Shown in pieces: positions 18,808-28,732 of a stretch of DNA of 64,000 nt (positions within the stretch are counted from its first letter, which is position 1; the number at the start of each line of letters is the position of its first letter). Position numbers and translations under genes: made by a program. Below the pieces are notes generated by a model. That model did not search any database. It saw nothing but the letters and a program-made list of their open reading frames with translations, and was not told the origin of the DNA. This DNA is from Patescibacteria group bacterium (GTDB lineage Bacteria; Patescibacteriota; Gracilibacteria; UBA1369; UBA12470), in contig JAHIUS010000001.1 of the NCBI GenBank assembly GCA_018816885.1, forward strand, positions 8,028 through 72,027. Direction: 5' to 3'.

Positions 18808-20895
18808 TTACGCAGATCCTCTATCTTCCTTGATTTTATCAGCGATGTTGACAGGGACTTTGGCATAATGTTCGAACTCCATTGTGTAGCCGGCGCGTCC
18901 TTGAGACATCGAGCGAAGATCTGTTGCGTACCCGAACATCTCCGACAGAGGGACGAGAGCTCGGATGAATTTTACCAATCCTCGATCTCCCATTTCTTGG
19001 ATTTGACCTCGGCGTGAATTCAGATCTCCCATTACATCTCCCATATATTCTTCAGGAGTGATGGCTTCTACCTGCATGACAGGTTCAAGCAGTACGGGAC
19101 TGGCTTGTTTTGCCGCTTTCTGAAAAGCCATTGATCCGGCGATTTTGAATGCCATTTCAGACGAATCAACATCATGGTAGGAACCGTCATAAAGTTCCAC
19201 TTTGATGTCTACCACCGGATATCCCGCCATAACACCGCGGGTCATAGCTTCCTGAATACCTTTGTTTACTGCAGGAATGTACTCTTTCGGGATCTTGCCC
19301 CCGGTTACGGCATCTACAAATTCGTATCCTTTCCCCGGTTCTTGAGGACTGACTTTCATTAGAACGTGACCGTATTGACCGCGTCCACCGGTTTGTTTCG
19401 CGTATTTTTCTTCTACATCTACTTCTTTTTGGATTGTTTCGCGATACGCGACTTGCGGTTTACCGACATTGGCTTCCACTTTAAATTCGCGTTTCATGCG
19501 ATCAACGATAATATCGAGATGAAGTTCTCCCATGCCTGCGATAATTGTTTGTCCTGTTTCGTCGTCAGTATGGACTTGGAATGTCGGATCTTCTTCCGCA
19601 AGTTTTTGAAGAGCAATACCCATCTTTTCTTGATCGGCTTTTGTTTTCGGTTCGATCGCGATAGAAATAACAGGTTCAGGGAAGTCGATTGATTCCAGGA
19701 TGATTTGATTTTTTTCGTCACAGAGAGTGTTGCCCGTCAGGGTGTTTTTTAAACCTACAACCGCGGCGATATCTCCCGCTTGAACTTGCTTAATCTCTTC
19801 TCGGTGATTTGCGTGCATTTGGACTAATCGTCCAACTCTTTCTTTTTTCTCTGTTACTGAATTGTAAACGTAACTTCCGGCATCAAGAGTTCCCGAGTAT
19901 ACGCGGATGAATGTTAGTCGTCCGATAAACGGGTCTGTTGCGATTTTGAATGCGAGTGCTGAGAAAGGTGCTTTAAAATTAGGCTCTCTTATTTCTTTTA
20001 CTTCAGATCTTGGTTTGGTTCCTTCCATCGGAGGAACATCTAGGGGGGAAGGCAAGTATTTCACAACGGCATCGATTACCGGTTGAGTACCTTTGTTTTG
20101 TAAGGCTGTTCCGCACATTACAGGGTAAAGGTGTGTTCCGATTGTTCCGATGCGGACTCCTTTTTCGATTTGCTCAGGTGTCAGCTCGCCGTTTTCCAGG
20201 TATGCGTCCATGAGTTCTTCGTCGTTTTCCGACACTTTTTCCATAAGTTTTCCGCGGTATTCTTTTACTTTATCGTTCATGTCTGCAGGGATCTCGATTT
20301 CAACTACGGTTTCTCCTTTGTCTCCTTCGAATTTGTAAGCTTTTTGGTGTATCAGATCGATTACTCCTTCGAAAGTCGATTCTGCTCCGATTGGGAGCTG
20401 AATGGCGATTGCGTCCGGAGAAAGTCTTTTTAAAATTGATTCTAAACTCATGTAAAAATCCGCACCTATCTTATCCATTTTATTGATGAAGGCTATTCGA
20501 GGAACTTTGTATTTGTCAGCTTGACGCCAGACGGTTTCAGACTGAGGTTCTACGCCTTGTGCTCCATCGAAAACCGCAACACCTCCATCTAGCACTCGAA
20601 GCGAACGTTCTACTTCGGCTGTAAAGTCAACATGTCCCGGAGTATCGATAATATTGATTCTGTGTTGGTCGTTTGTGCCCGCTATTGTCCAAAAACAGGT
20701 TGTGGCGGCGGATGTTATCGTGATTCCTCTTTCTCTTTCCTGCTCCATCCAGTCCATTTGAGATTCTCCGTCATGAGTTTCACCGATTTTATGAGTCTTT
20801 CCCGTGTAGAAAAGAATTCTTTCTGTAACTGTTGTTTTACCAGCGTCGATGTGGGCGATAATTCCGATATTTCGAAGTTTTGTTAGGTCGGTCAT
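18808..20895 (-). CDS. fusA: Elongation factor G
   Basis: 695 aa, AHIDAGKTT, full EF-G architecture. Confidence 0.98.
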   Translation of the reverse strand: MTDLTKLRNIGIIAHIDAGKTTVTERILFYTGKTHKIGETHDGESQMDWMEQERERGITITSAATTCFWTIAGTNDQHRINIIDTPGHVDFTAEVERSLRVLDGGVAVFDGAQGVEPQSETVWRQADKYKVPRIAFINKMDKIGADFYMSLESILKRLSPDAIAIQLPIGAESTFEGVIDLIHQKAYKFEGDKGETVVEIEIPADMNDKVKEYRGKLMEKVSENDEELMDAYLENGELTPEQIEKGVRIGTIGTHLYPVMCGTALQNKGTQPVIDAVVKYLPSPLDVPPMEGTKPRSEVKEIREPNFKAPFSALAFKIATDPFIGRLTFIRVYSGTLDAGSYVYNSVTEKKERVGRLVQMHANHREEIKQVQAGDIAAVVGLKNTLTGNTLCDEKNQIILESIDFPEPVISIAIEPKTKADQEKMGIALQKLAEEDPTFQVHTDDETGQTIIAGMGELHLDIIVDRMKREFKVEANVGKPQVAYRETIQKEVDVEEKYAKQTGGRGQYGHVLMKVSPQEPGKGYEFVDAVTGGKIPKEYIPAVNKGIQEAMTRGVMAGYPVVDIKVELYDGSYHDVDSSEMAFKIAGSMAFQKAAKQASPVLLEPVMQVEAITPEEYMGDVMGDLNSRRGQIQEMGDRGLVKFIRALVPLSEMFGYATDLRSMSQGRAGYTMEFEHYAKVPVNIADKIKEDRGSA

Positions 20896-20973
20896 TTTAG
20901 TTGATAGTTAGTTGTTGTTTGAGGCATAGGGCAGAGGGCATGGGGCATGCGGAAAATCCCTGAATGCGGGAGT

Positions 20974-21001
20974 ATTATAGGGATGTTCGAGGGAAAATCA
21001 A
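20974..21001 (-). promoter_or_regulatory. Sigma-70-type promoter for fusA
   Basis: Minus-sense TTGATT, 16 nt, TATAAT. Confidence 0.5.
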
Positions 21002-21006
21002 GAGAA

Positions 21007-21456
21007 TTACACTGCTTTCAGTGGGCAGTTGTTGTTTGCTAATTTCTTGAGCTTGCTAGCTTCGCCTAATAACTTTCCTAATATATTGGAGTTTTGTAAA
21101 GCTGTCAGCAGTTGGCATCTGAAGAGCGAAATTTCTCCTATTATTTCGCCTTCGCGAAGAGGGAATGAAATTTTATTTAATTCTGTTTTTAGTGCTTCGC
21201 TATCTATGCTGGGATTGCCGCGTACAATTTTTCTTAATTCCAAAATTAATGTCTCAAATGATATTGAGACTTCTTGGGGTGATTGGTATTGTTCCAGGTC
21301 AACTTCTCCTCCTAATTGGAATAAAGCACATGTACGAGGTGTTCTATCTTCTAAATATGTGCCTTGGTTATGTATGACTTCTTCTTTTGTGCCACAATGA
21401 GTTTCTGTATCAATTGTGGCTTCTTTTCCCCCGGGTAATTCTGCTCGATGAATCAT
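21007..21456 (-). CDS. Hypothetical cytoplasmic protein
   Basis: 149 aa ORF with its own near-consensus promoter; no family recognised. Confidence 0.55.
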   Translation of the reverse strand: MIHRAELPGGKEATIDTETHCGTKEEVIHNQGTYLEDRTPRTCALFQLGGEVDLEQYQSPQEVSISFETLILELRKIVRGNPSIDSEALKTELNKISFPLREGEIIGEISLFRCQLLTALQNSNILGKLLGEASKLKKLANNNCPLKAV

Positions 21457-21484
21457 TATTGTGTTTTATTAAAAACAAGAGCTT

Positions 21485-21512
21485 ATTTTATCTTCTATTT
21501 CTCTTTTGTCAA
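21485..21512 (-). promoter_or_regulatory. Near-consensus promoter for ORF 21007-21456
   Basis: Minus-sense TTGACA, 16 nt, TAAAAT. Confidence 0.55.
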
Positions 21513-21532
21513 ATATCCTGAATTAACTTTTG

Positions 21533-22057
21533 CTAGATATAACTTTCCAGTATATCAACAAGTGTGTTGTTTGATTCGATGAAGGTGTTGTATGCGTCGT
21601 AGATTGTCGTGTCGTGTTCGGTTACGAGGCTGAGATCTTCCAGGTATAAGCCTGTTTTGTAATACTCGATCATTGCCAGATATTTTGCCAGGTATTCTTC
21701 TCCAAGAGAGATATAGTTTTGAAATTCCACTCTTACTTCTGTTTGCTGGGCCTCGTCTTTACTGCTTAGTTCCAAGATGCTTGCTGAGTTACTGATTATT
21801 TCTTTTGCCAAGTCGTAAGATGTTTCCATGTCTGTTGTGTCTATTTCAGACTCTTCGGTAACCAGGTCGGGGATGCTTATATCGTATACGAGAATGGTGT
21901 TTTCTATTGTTTCCGAGGTTTGATTCAGGGATTCTACAACTTTGTTGTTGTATTGGATAGGAGATAGTTTTTCAAAAAACTCCATATTGCATCCGGCTAG
22001 CAATATAAAGGAAATTGTTATGATCACTCCGATTAGTGAAACTATTATTTTTTTCAT
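21533..22057 (-). CDS. Putative lipoprotein
   Basis: 174 aa, signal peptide with lipobox LLAGC, acidic mature part. Confidence 0.65.
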   Translation of the reverse strand: MKKIIVSLIGVIITISFILLAGCNMEFFEKLSPIQYNNKVVESLNQTSETIENTILVYDISIPDLVTEESEIDTTDMETSYDLAKEIISNSASILELSSKDEAQQTEVRVEFQNYISLGEEYLAKYLAMIEYYKTGLYLEDLSLVTEHDTTIYDAYNTFIESNNTLVDILESYI

Positions 22058-22125
22058 TTATTTTTGTTTAAAAAAACCACTTGAATCGTAACGCATGGGC
22101 TTTTAGAAATCAAGCTTTGGAAAGC

Positions 22126-22572
22126 CTAAAACCTTGCATAGTGAGCGAATGCTTTATTGGCTGCGGCCATCTTGTGGGTATCCTCTTTCTTTTTCATTGC
22201 GGTACCTGTTTGGTTAGCTGCATCAAGTAGTTCCTGGGCCAGTCTTTTGTAGATCGGAGAGCCTTTTTTGTCTCTTGCCGCCAATAAAATCCAACGGAAT
22301 GCGAGCATGAGCTGCCTTTTTGGAGTTACTTCGATTGGGATTTGGTAAACTCCTCCTCCGATTCTTTTTGGTCTGACTTCCATGTTTGGCTTAATGTTTT
22401 CGATTGCCCTCTCAAATACCTGTATCGGATCTTTACTCCCTGTGTTTGCGAGTTCTTTCAAAGTGTCTGCGAAAATCTTGCGTGCGATGGTTTTCTTGCC
22501 ATCCAGCATTATGTAGTTGATGAATTTCTCTTGCAAAGGTGTTGAGTTTTGGGGAATGTATGTTGTTGGCAT
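22126..22572 (-). CDS. rpsG: 30S ribosomal protein S7
   Basis: 148 aa, S7-like. Confidence 0.95.
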   Translation of the reverse strand: MPTTYIPQNSTPLQEKFINYIMLDGKKTIARKIFADTLKELANTGSKDPIQVFERAIENIKPNMEVRPKRIGGGVYQIPIEVTPKRQLMLAFRWILLAARDKKGSPIYKRLAQELLDAANQTGTAMKKKEDTHKMAAANKAFAHYARF

Positions 22573-22639
22573 GTGGCTTATGGCTTATAGCGTATGGTGT
22601 GGGCATGGGGCAGAGGGCATGGGGCCTCTGTGGATTTTT

Positions 22640-23053
22640 TTATTCTTTTGGTCTTTTGGCACCGTAGAGAGAGCGGCTTTGTTTGCGGCCTTCTACTCCT
22701 TGGGTATCCATTGTACCTCTGATTATGTGATATTTAACACCAGGTAGATCTTTTACTCTTCCTCCTCGGATTGTTACTACCGAGTGTTCTTGAAGGTTGT
22801 GGCCTTCTCCCGGGATGTAAGCATTAACTTCTTCACCGTTGGTGAGTCGAACTCTTGCTACTTTACGAAGGGCTGAGTTAGGTTTCTTCGGTGTTTTGGT
22901 TGTTACTTTGGTACAAACTCCTCTTTTTTGCGGGCATGCAAGTCTGCTTGAGCTGTTTTTGATCGTGTTGGCGATCAGCTGCATAGCCGGAGATTTACTC
23001 TTGCGGACTTTCTTCTTTCGTCCTTTTCTGATGATTTGGTTTATTGTTGGCAT
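22640..23053 (-). CDS. rpsL: 30S ribosomal protein S12
   Basis: 137 aa, [12 protein letters not shown]...[10 protein letters not shown]. Confidence 0.97.
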   Translation of the reverse strand: MPTINQIIRKGRKKKVRKSKSPAMQLIANTIKNSSSRLACPQKRGVCTKVTTKTPKKPNSALRKVARVRLTNGEEVNAYIPGEGHNLQEHSVVTIRGGRVKDLPGVKYHIIRGTMDTQGVEGRKQSRSLYGAKRPKE

Positions 23054-23123
23054 GAGGCATAGGGCTTAGGGCATGGATGCTGGCGCAGTTTATAACAGTT
23101 TTACTGCCTGTGCAAGAGAATTT

Positions 23124-26100
23124 TTATTCTTGTTCGGCTATTCCGGCTCGTCGTCTGTAAACTTCACCGGCGGGGATTAGTTTACCGATAATGACATTTT
23201 CTTTCAGGCCTTTGAGTTCGTCTACTCTCTTAGTTGTTGCTGCTTCGACCAGTACTCTTATTGTTTCCTGGAATGATGCTGCTGAAAGCCAGCTTGGAGT
23301 GTGAAGCGAAATCCTAGTTAGTCCGAGGAGCAGTCTTTCGGTTTCGGCAGCTTCCTTACCTTCTTTTTTTGCCTCGGTATTAGCTTTTTCTATTCCAATC
23401 GCATCGGCGACTTCTCCCGGCAGATATTTGGTGTCGCCCGAGTTGACAATGCGAGCTTTTGAGAACATCTGTCTGACAATAATCTCGATATGTTTGTCGT
23501 TGATTGTTTGTCCTTGTGAGGCGTAGATGCTTTGGACTTCGGTCATGATGTATTTCTGAACCGCGTATCTGTCCGCCATTTTCAGAAGTTCGCGTAAGTT
23601 GCTGTGTCCCGCCGTCAATGGTGATCCGACTGCCACAAGGTCCCCGGTTTTTACTTTTAGTGTTCTGTTTAGAGGGATTTCGTAAACTTTTTCGACACTT
23701 TCGTCTGTTAGCACGACTATTGTGTTTTTTGTAATCTTTTTGACGGTTCCTTTTGTTTCGACGTTTATAATCTGTTTCTTGGTTTTCCCTTTAGCCAGGA
23801 TGTCGTCTACTTTTACTTTGTCGCCCACCTTGACTTTTATTTCATGTCCTTTTGCGAGGTGGTAGGTTTCTTCAATAGGATTGTCGCTTAGTATGGTGAT
23901 CTTGTTTGAAGAGGTTCCTTGTCGAAGTTTTGCTTTTCCGTTTAGCTCCGAGAGGATTGCAGGTGCTTTCGGAGGTCTTGCTTCAAAAAGTTCTTCTACT
24001 CGAGTAAGACCTTGCGTGATGTCCGATTCATCGGCGACACCACCCATGTGGAATGTACGCATGGTGAGCTGTGTTCCCGGTTCTCCGATCGATTGCGCAG
24101 CTATAATTCCGACCGCTGTTCCGCGTTGTACCGTTTTGTTTGTTCCGAGGTCTTTTCCATAACATTTTTGACAAATACCTCCTTCTGTCTGACATGTCAT
24201 TATGGATCTTACTGCTACGGTATCTATGTCTTTGTTCATGATATCTCTTACTTGTGAGTTTTCGAGTTGTGTTCCTTTTTTTATTAGGATTTCTCCGGTT
24301 TGCGGGTCTACCAGATTTTCAGCCAAGGTTCGTCCGAATATTCTGTGTTCGAAAGCTTCTCCGATTTTTTCGCTTTCTTCGGCTGTGATGTAGTGACTGT
24401 GATTGTTGCCGCAGTCATCTTCTTTAATTACAACATCCTGTACCGCATCAACCAGACGCCTTGTCAGGTAACCGGCTTCAGCAGTTTTCAAAGCTGTATC
24501 GGATTTACCTTTACGGCCTCCATGTGTTGCAATGAAGTACTCAAGAATAGTGAACCCTTCTTTCAGGTTGGATTTAATTGGAAGCTCGATTGTTCGTCCG
24601 GCCGGATTTGCAACCAGTCCTTTCATTCCGCAGAGCTGAGTGACCTGTCCCCAGTTACCACGAGCTCCCGAATCGATCATGTACAGAATGTCGTTTTCAG
24701 GGCTGAAGTTCTTGATCATGAAGGTTGCGAGATCTGATTTGGCGCGTGACCAGATTTTGATAGTTTGCGTGTATCTTTCATCATCTGTTACGAGGCCTTT
24801 CCAGTATTGATTGTTGATGTTTTTTACGATTTCCGTTGCTTTTTCTACTATTTCCGCTTTTTCCGCCGGAACTTCCATGTCTGATCCCGCTATCGAAAGT
24901 CCGGATAGTGTTGCGTATGTGAATCCGATTTTCTTGATTGCGTCTGAAAGTTTTACGCTTGTTTCGGAATCGGTTTTTTCTATTGATTCGGTTATGAGAT
25001 TTTTCAGGTCATTTTTTTTCATGACGTTGTTTTTGTATCTCAACTCTTCAGGAAGTATCTGATTGAATAAAACTCTACCTACTGAAGTTTCTGTTAATTC
25101 TCCGTTGATTCTTACCTTTATTTTTGCTTGAAGGTGTATATTTCCGAGTTCATGGGCGAGGATGGCTTCTTTTTCGTCGCTGAATATCATGCCTTCACCT
25201 TTTTTCTTGTCGTGGACTTGGGTTAGGTAGTAGCAACCCAGCACCATATCTTGACTGGCTGTGATAATAGGCATACCTGCCGATGGTTTCAGAAGGTTGC
25301 TTGTTGATGCCATTAGTTTTTTGGCTTCTTCCTGAGCTCTTTTTGATAAAGGTATATGAACGGCCATTTGATCTCCATCGAAGTCGGCGTTGAAGGCCGC
25401 ACATACCAACGGGTGGATTTGAATGGCTTTACCTTCTACCAGAACAGGTTGGAAAGCTTGGATCCCAAGTCTGTGGAGGGTAGGCGCTCTGTTTAGAAGC
25501 ACATAATGGCCCTGAGTGACTTCTTCCAGGATGTCCCATACTTCTTTTTTGCCCAGTGTTATTAGTTTTTCCGCGTTTTTGATGTTGTGGGCGTATCCGT
25601 TTTTGATCAATTTTCCTATTACGAAAGGCTTGAAAAGTTCAAGCGCCATCGCTTTTGGCAGTCCGCATTGGTTCAGTTTAAGTTTTGGGCCGACTACGAT
25701 TACACTTCGACCGGAATAGTCCACACGCTTACCGAGTAGGTTTTGTCGGAATCGTCCTTGTTTACCTTTCAACATATCCGATAGTGAGCGAAGTTTTCTT
25801 TTGTCTCCCGTGTTGAAAACCGTTCTGTTTTGACGAGCAGAGTTGTTTAATAAAGTGTCTACAGCTTCCTGCATCATTCTTTTTTCGTTCCTTGTGATTA
25901 CTTCCGGAGCACCGATTGCTATGAGCTTTTTCAGTCGGTTGTTTCTGTTGATTACTCTTCTGTAAAGATCGTTCAGGTCGGAAGCTGCGAAACGCCCTCC
26001 GTCAAGCTGAACCATCGGTCTTAAGTCCGGCGGAATTACCGGTAATATTTTCATGATCATCCATTCCGGCTTGATGCCCGCTTTTAGCGAAGATCCGATA

Positions 26101-26963
26101 AGTTTAATTCTTTTTATTAGTTTTTTCTTCTTTTGTCCGGTTGCTTTAACGCAATCTATTTCGAGTTGGTCTCGCAGCTCTTCGAGGTTCATGTTTTTTA
26201 TGATTTCCCGGAGTGCTTCCGCTCCTGTTCCGGCCTTGAAGATGTGTCCGAATTTCATAGAGATGTCCCGGTATTGGATCTCTGAAAGAACTGTTCCGGT
26301 TTTCAGTGCGGAAAGGTCGTCTTTTGCTTTTTGGTGTTGTTCGACGAGCTCTTCTATTTTCAGGGCGCTTTCCTTTTCGATTTCGGAAAGGAGTTTTTCC
26401 TTCTCTTTTTCAGGAATTCCTTTGTTTTTCTCGATTTCTTTAGTTTTTTCTTTGTGTTCTTTTGTGAGGTTTTTTTTGTAATTTTGAAACTCATCTTTCA
26501 ATTGTTCTTGCGCTTCTTCCCGTGCTTTTGCATCAACATTTGTAACTATGTACGCCGCGAAGTAAACCACTTGCTCGAGAGTTTTTACAGGCAAATCAAG
26601 CAGCAGTCCGATACGACTTGGTGTTGATCTCAAAAACCAGATGTGTGTTACCGGTACAGCGAGTTTTATGTGCGCCATCCTTTCTCTTCTGACGATTGAC
26701 CGGGTTACTTCGACTCCGCATTTTTCACAGACCACCCCTTTGTATCTGACTCTTTTGTATTTCCCGCAACAACATTCCCAGTTTTTTGTAGGGCCGAAAA
26801 TTCTTTCACAGAAAAGACCGTCTTTTTCCGGTTTTTGGGTTCTGTAGTTTATGGTTTCCGGTTTTTTTACTTCGCCGTGAGACCAGGCCAAAATGTCTTC
26901 AGGTGAAGCTACGGAGATGGCTACTGAATCGAATGTTACCGGAGCTTTTTTGTTGTTTTGCAT
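23124..26963 (-). CDS. rpoC: DNA-directed RNA polymerase subunit beta-prime
   Basis: 1279 aa, zinc motif [20 protein letters not shown], catalytic NADFDGD. Confidence 0.98.
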   Translation of the reverse strand: MQNNKKAPVTFDSVAISVASPEDILAWSHGEVKKPETINYRTQKPEKDGLFCERIFGPTKNWECCCGKYKRVRYKGVVCEKCGVEVTRSIVRRERMAHIKLAVPVTHIWFLRSTPSRIGLLLDLPVKTLEQVVYFAAYIVTNVDAKAREEAQEQLKDEFQNYKKNLTKEHKEKTKEIEKNKGIPEKEKEKLLSEIEKESALKIEELVEQHQKAKDDLSALKTGTVLSEIQYRDISMKFGHIFKAGTGAEALREIIKNMNLEELRDQLEIDCVKATGQKKKKLIKRIKLIGSSLKAGIKPEWMIMKILPVIPPDLRPMVQLDGGRFAASDLNDLYRRVINRNNRLKKLIAIGAPEVITRNEKRMMQEAVDTLLNNSARQNRTVFNTGDKRKLRSLSDMLKGKQGRFRQNLLGKRVDYSGRSVIVVGPKLKLNQCGLPKAMALELFKPFVIGKLIKNGYAHNIKNAEKLITLGKKEVWDILEEVTQGHYVLLNRAPTLHRLGIQAFQPVLVEGKAIQIHPLVCAAFNADFDGDQMAVHIPLSKRAQEEAKKLMASTSNLLKPSAGMPIITASQDMVLGCYYLTQVHDKKKGEGMIFSDEKEAILAHELGNIHLQAKIKVRINGELTETSVGRVLFNQILPEELRYKNNVMKKNDLKNLITESIEKTDSETSVKLSDAIKKIGFTYATLSGLSIAGSDMEVPAEKAEIVEKATEIVKNINNQYWKGLVTDDERYTQTIKIWSRAKSDLATFMIKNFSPENDILYMIDSGARGNWGQVTQLCGMKGLVANPAGRTIELPIKSNLKEGFTILEYFIATHGGRKGKSDTALKTAEAGYLTRRLVDAVQDVVIKEDDCGNNHSHYITAEESEKIGEAFEHRIFGRTLAENLVDPQTGEILIKKGTQLENSQVRDIMNKDIDTVAVRSIMTCQTEGGICQKCYGKDLGTNKTVQRGTAVGIIAAQSIGEPGTQLTMRTFHMGGVADESDITQGLTRVEELFEARPPKAPAILSELNGKAKLRQGTSSNKITILSDNPIEETYHLAKGHEIKVKVGDKVKVDDILAKGKTKKQIINVETKGTVKKITKNTIVVLTDESVEKVYEIPLNRTLKVKTGDLVAVGSPLTAGHSNLRELLKMADRYAVQKYIMTEVQSIYASQGQTINDKHIEIIVRQMFSKARIVNSGDTKYLPGEVADAIGIEKANTEAKKEGKEAAETERLLLGLTRISLHTPSWLSAASFQETIRVLVEAATTKRVDELKGLKENVIIGKLIPAGEVYRRRAGIAEQE

Positions 26964-26993
26964 TTGGAGTGTTTAATTAAAGTTGTAAATTGT

Positions 26994-27086
26994 GGGGTAT
27001 AGGGCATAGGGCATGCGGCATAGGGCATGCGGCATAGGGCATGCGGCATAGGGCATGCGGGCCTGATGGCCCTCGGTGGAGTGGGT
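26994..27086 (+). repeat. Heptamer/14-mer array (GCATAGG GCATGCG x4) plus stop-proximal hairpin
   Basis: Direct reading: tagggcatgcggca repeated four times at 14-bp period, then GGGCC-TGAT-GGCCC hairpin and CTCGGTGGA flank. Confidence 0.9.
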
Positions 27087-28052
27087 TTAAGAGAAGATTA
27101 ATTCTTTTAGGAAATAAAAATATACTAGGAGATAGAGACCTCCTTCGAAAAGAGAGATATGCTTGCTTAGGCTTGAGAAGACAAGGAATGCAGTTGCGGT
27201 TATCAAGAAAACTACTCCGACCGAAAGCATTATATCCGGTATGATTAATGTTCCGAAAAGTCCCGAAACCCCCATTACCATTGTGCTGTTGAAAATATTT
27301 GATCCGAATATATTACCGAGAACCATCCCTGCTTGTTTTTTTCTTGCTGCCTGGATTGATACTACCAATTCCGGCAGGGAAGTTCCTATCGCTATAACGC
27401 TTCCGGCGACTACGGCGGTTCCGATATTCAGTATTTGAGAGATTTTTACGACAGATTCTACTGTCCAGTTCGCGCTTATTGCTATGAATATGGTTGATAT
27501 TAGAATAATAACAGGGATGTGCCAGTGTAGTTTTTTCTTTGGTATATCTTTTGTCGTTTGTTTTACCCGGGCTTCGAGGTTTTTTTCAGATTTGTGGCTG
27601 TGGATTAGATAAGCAATATATATGATATAAGCCAATATCATTATGATGGCTTCTACCAGCGTGAAAACTCCGTCTCTAACCGATATGAATAAAATTGCCG
27701 TTATGCATACAAGTATTGGTATGTCGAGGTTTTCGCTTAACTTTCTGTTATAAAGAGAGTTTCCCGATGCAAGTGCGGCAAGTCCTACTACAAGAAGTAT
27801 GTTTGTGATATTTGATCCTATTACATCTCCACTTACTATTTCGCTGTGTCCTTGAATTACTGCTATTATTGAAGTTATAAGTTCAGGCATTGATGTTCCT
27901 AAACTTACTATCGTTGCGCCGATAATAAATTGAGAGACACCAAGAGCTACTCCGGCTTTTTCTGAATATGCCGTAAAATAGTCGGCAGACTTGACCAGTA
28001 CGGCCAGGCTGATAAGCATTATCAGGGTCCAAATTATTAATTCGTGAGACAT
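27087..28052 (-). CDS. Ca2+/Na+ antiporter (CaCA/YrbG family)
   Basis: Polytopic membrane protein with two alpha-repeat motifs (GTSMPEL, GTSLPEL). Start trimmed to MSHELIIW; the upstream extension is repeat-derived. Confidence 0.8.
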   Translation of the reverse strand: MSHELIIWTLIMLISLAVLVKSADYFTAYSEKAGVALGVSQFIIGATIVSLGTSMPELITSIIAVIQGHSEIVSGDVIGSNITNILLVVGLAALASGNSLYNRKLSENLDIPILVCITAILFISVRDGVFTLVEAIIMILAYIIYIAYLIHSHKSEKNLEARVKQTTKDIPKKKLHWHIPVIILISTIFIAISANWTVESVVKISQILNIGTAVVAGSVIAIGTSLPELVVSIQAARKKQAGMVLGNIFGSNIFNSTMVMGVSGLFGTLIIPDIMLSVGVVFLITATAFLVFSSLSKHISLFEGGLYLLVYFYFLKELIFS

Positions 28053-28125
28053 AGGGTGTGGGGCATTGGGTATTGGGCATGTGGGCCTGACGGCCATCTA
28101 TGGGTGGCCCCGCCTTGGCGGGGCC
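28053..28125 (+). repeat. GGGNNNN array, hairpin and 9-bp-stem palindrome GGCCCCGCC-TT-GGCGGGGCC
   Basis: Five G-tracts 28054-28085; GGCC-TGAC-GGCC hairpin; palindrome 28106-28125. Confidence 0.9.
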
Positions 28126-28134
28126 GGTTGATTG

Positions 28135-28704
28135 TTATAGTCCGAGATCCATGTCGATGTCGGCTTTGTCGTCTTCTTCTTTCTCTTCTTTCTCTTCTTT
28201 CTCTGTTTTTTTCTCTTCAGAAGCATCCTCTTCTATTGGTTCTTCGACTGGAGTTTCTTCGGCGACTTCTTCTTTTTCTGTTTTTTCCTCTGTTTCTTCT
28301 TCAGGTGCTTCAATAGAGGCGTTTTCGATCATTGGTTGTTCGGTTGCTGGGATATAATCGTCTTCGTCTTGGCCGCGTTTTTCAAGCATTATCAGGTCTT
28401 GAACGATTACTTCCGTTTTGAATTTTTTGACTCCTTCGGGAGTATCCCAGCTGCGAGTTTTCAAGTATCCTTCTATGTATAGAAGTTTCCCTTTTCGGAC
28501 ATATTTTTCACAGATGTCCGATAGGCGTGACCAGGCTACAAGTTCGTGGAATTCGGCCATGTTGTGTTTTTCTCCGTTTGAGGTTATCCATTGCCGGTTT
28601 GTTGCAAGTCCGAATGTGCAGACCGCTTGGCCGCTTCCGGTTTGTCGTACTTCGGGGTCCCTTGTTACATTCCCTATCAGTACTACTTTGTTTACACTTC
28701 TCAT
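28135..28704 (-). CDS. ssb: Single-stranded DNA-binding protein
   Basis: OB fold (NKVVLIGNVTRDPEVRQT...) with a long acidic tail; start trimmed to MRSVNKV. Confidence 0.9.
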   Translation of the reverse strand: MRSVNKVVLIGNVTRDPEVRQTGSGQAVCTFGLATNRQWITSNGEKHNMAEFHELVAWSRLSDICEKYVRKGKLLYIEGYLKTRSWDTPEGVKKFKTEVIVQDLIMLEKRGQDEDDYIPATEQPMIENASIEAPEEETEEKTEKEEVAEETPVEEPIEEDASEEKKTEKEEKEEKEEDDKADIDMDLGL

Positions 28705-28732
28705 GTTTTTATGGTTAAGATGTAGAGTTTTC

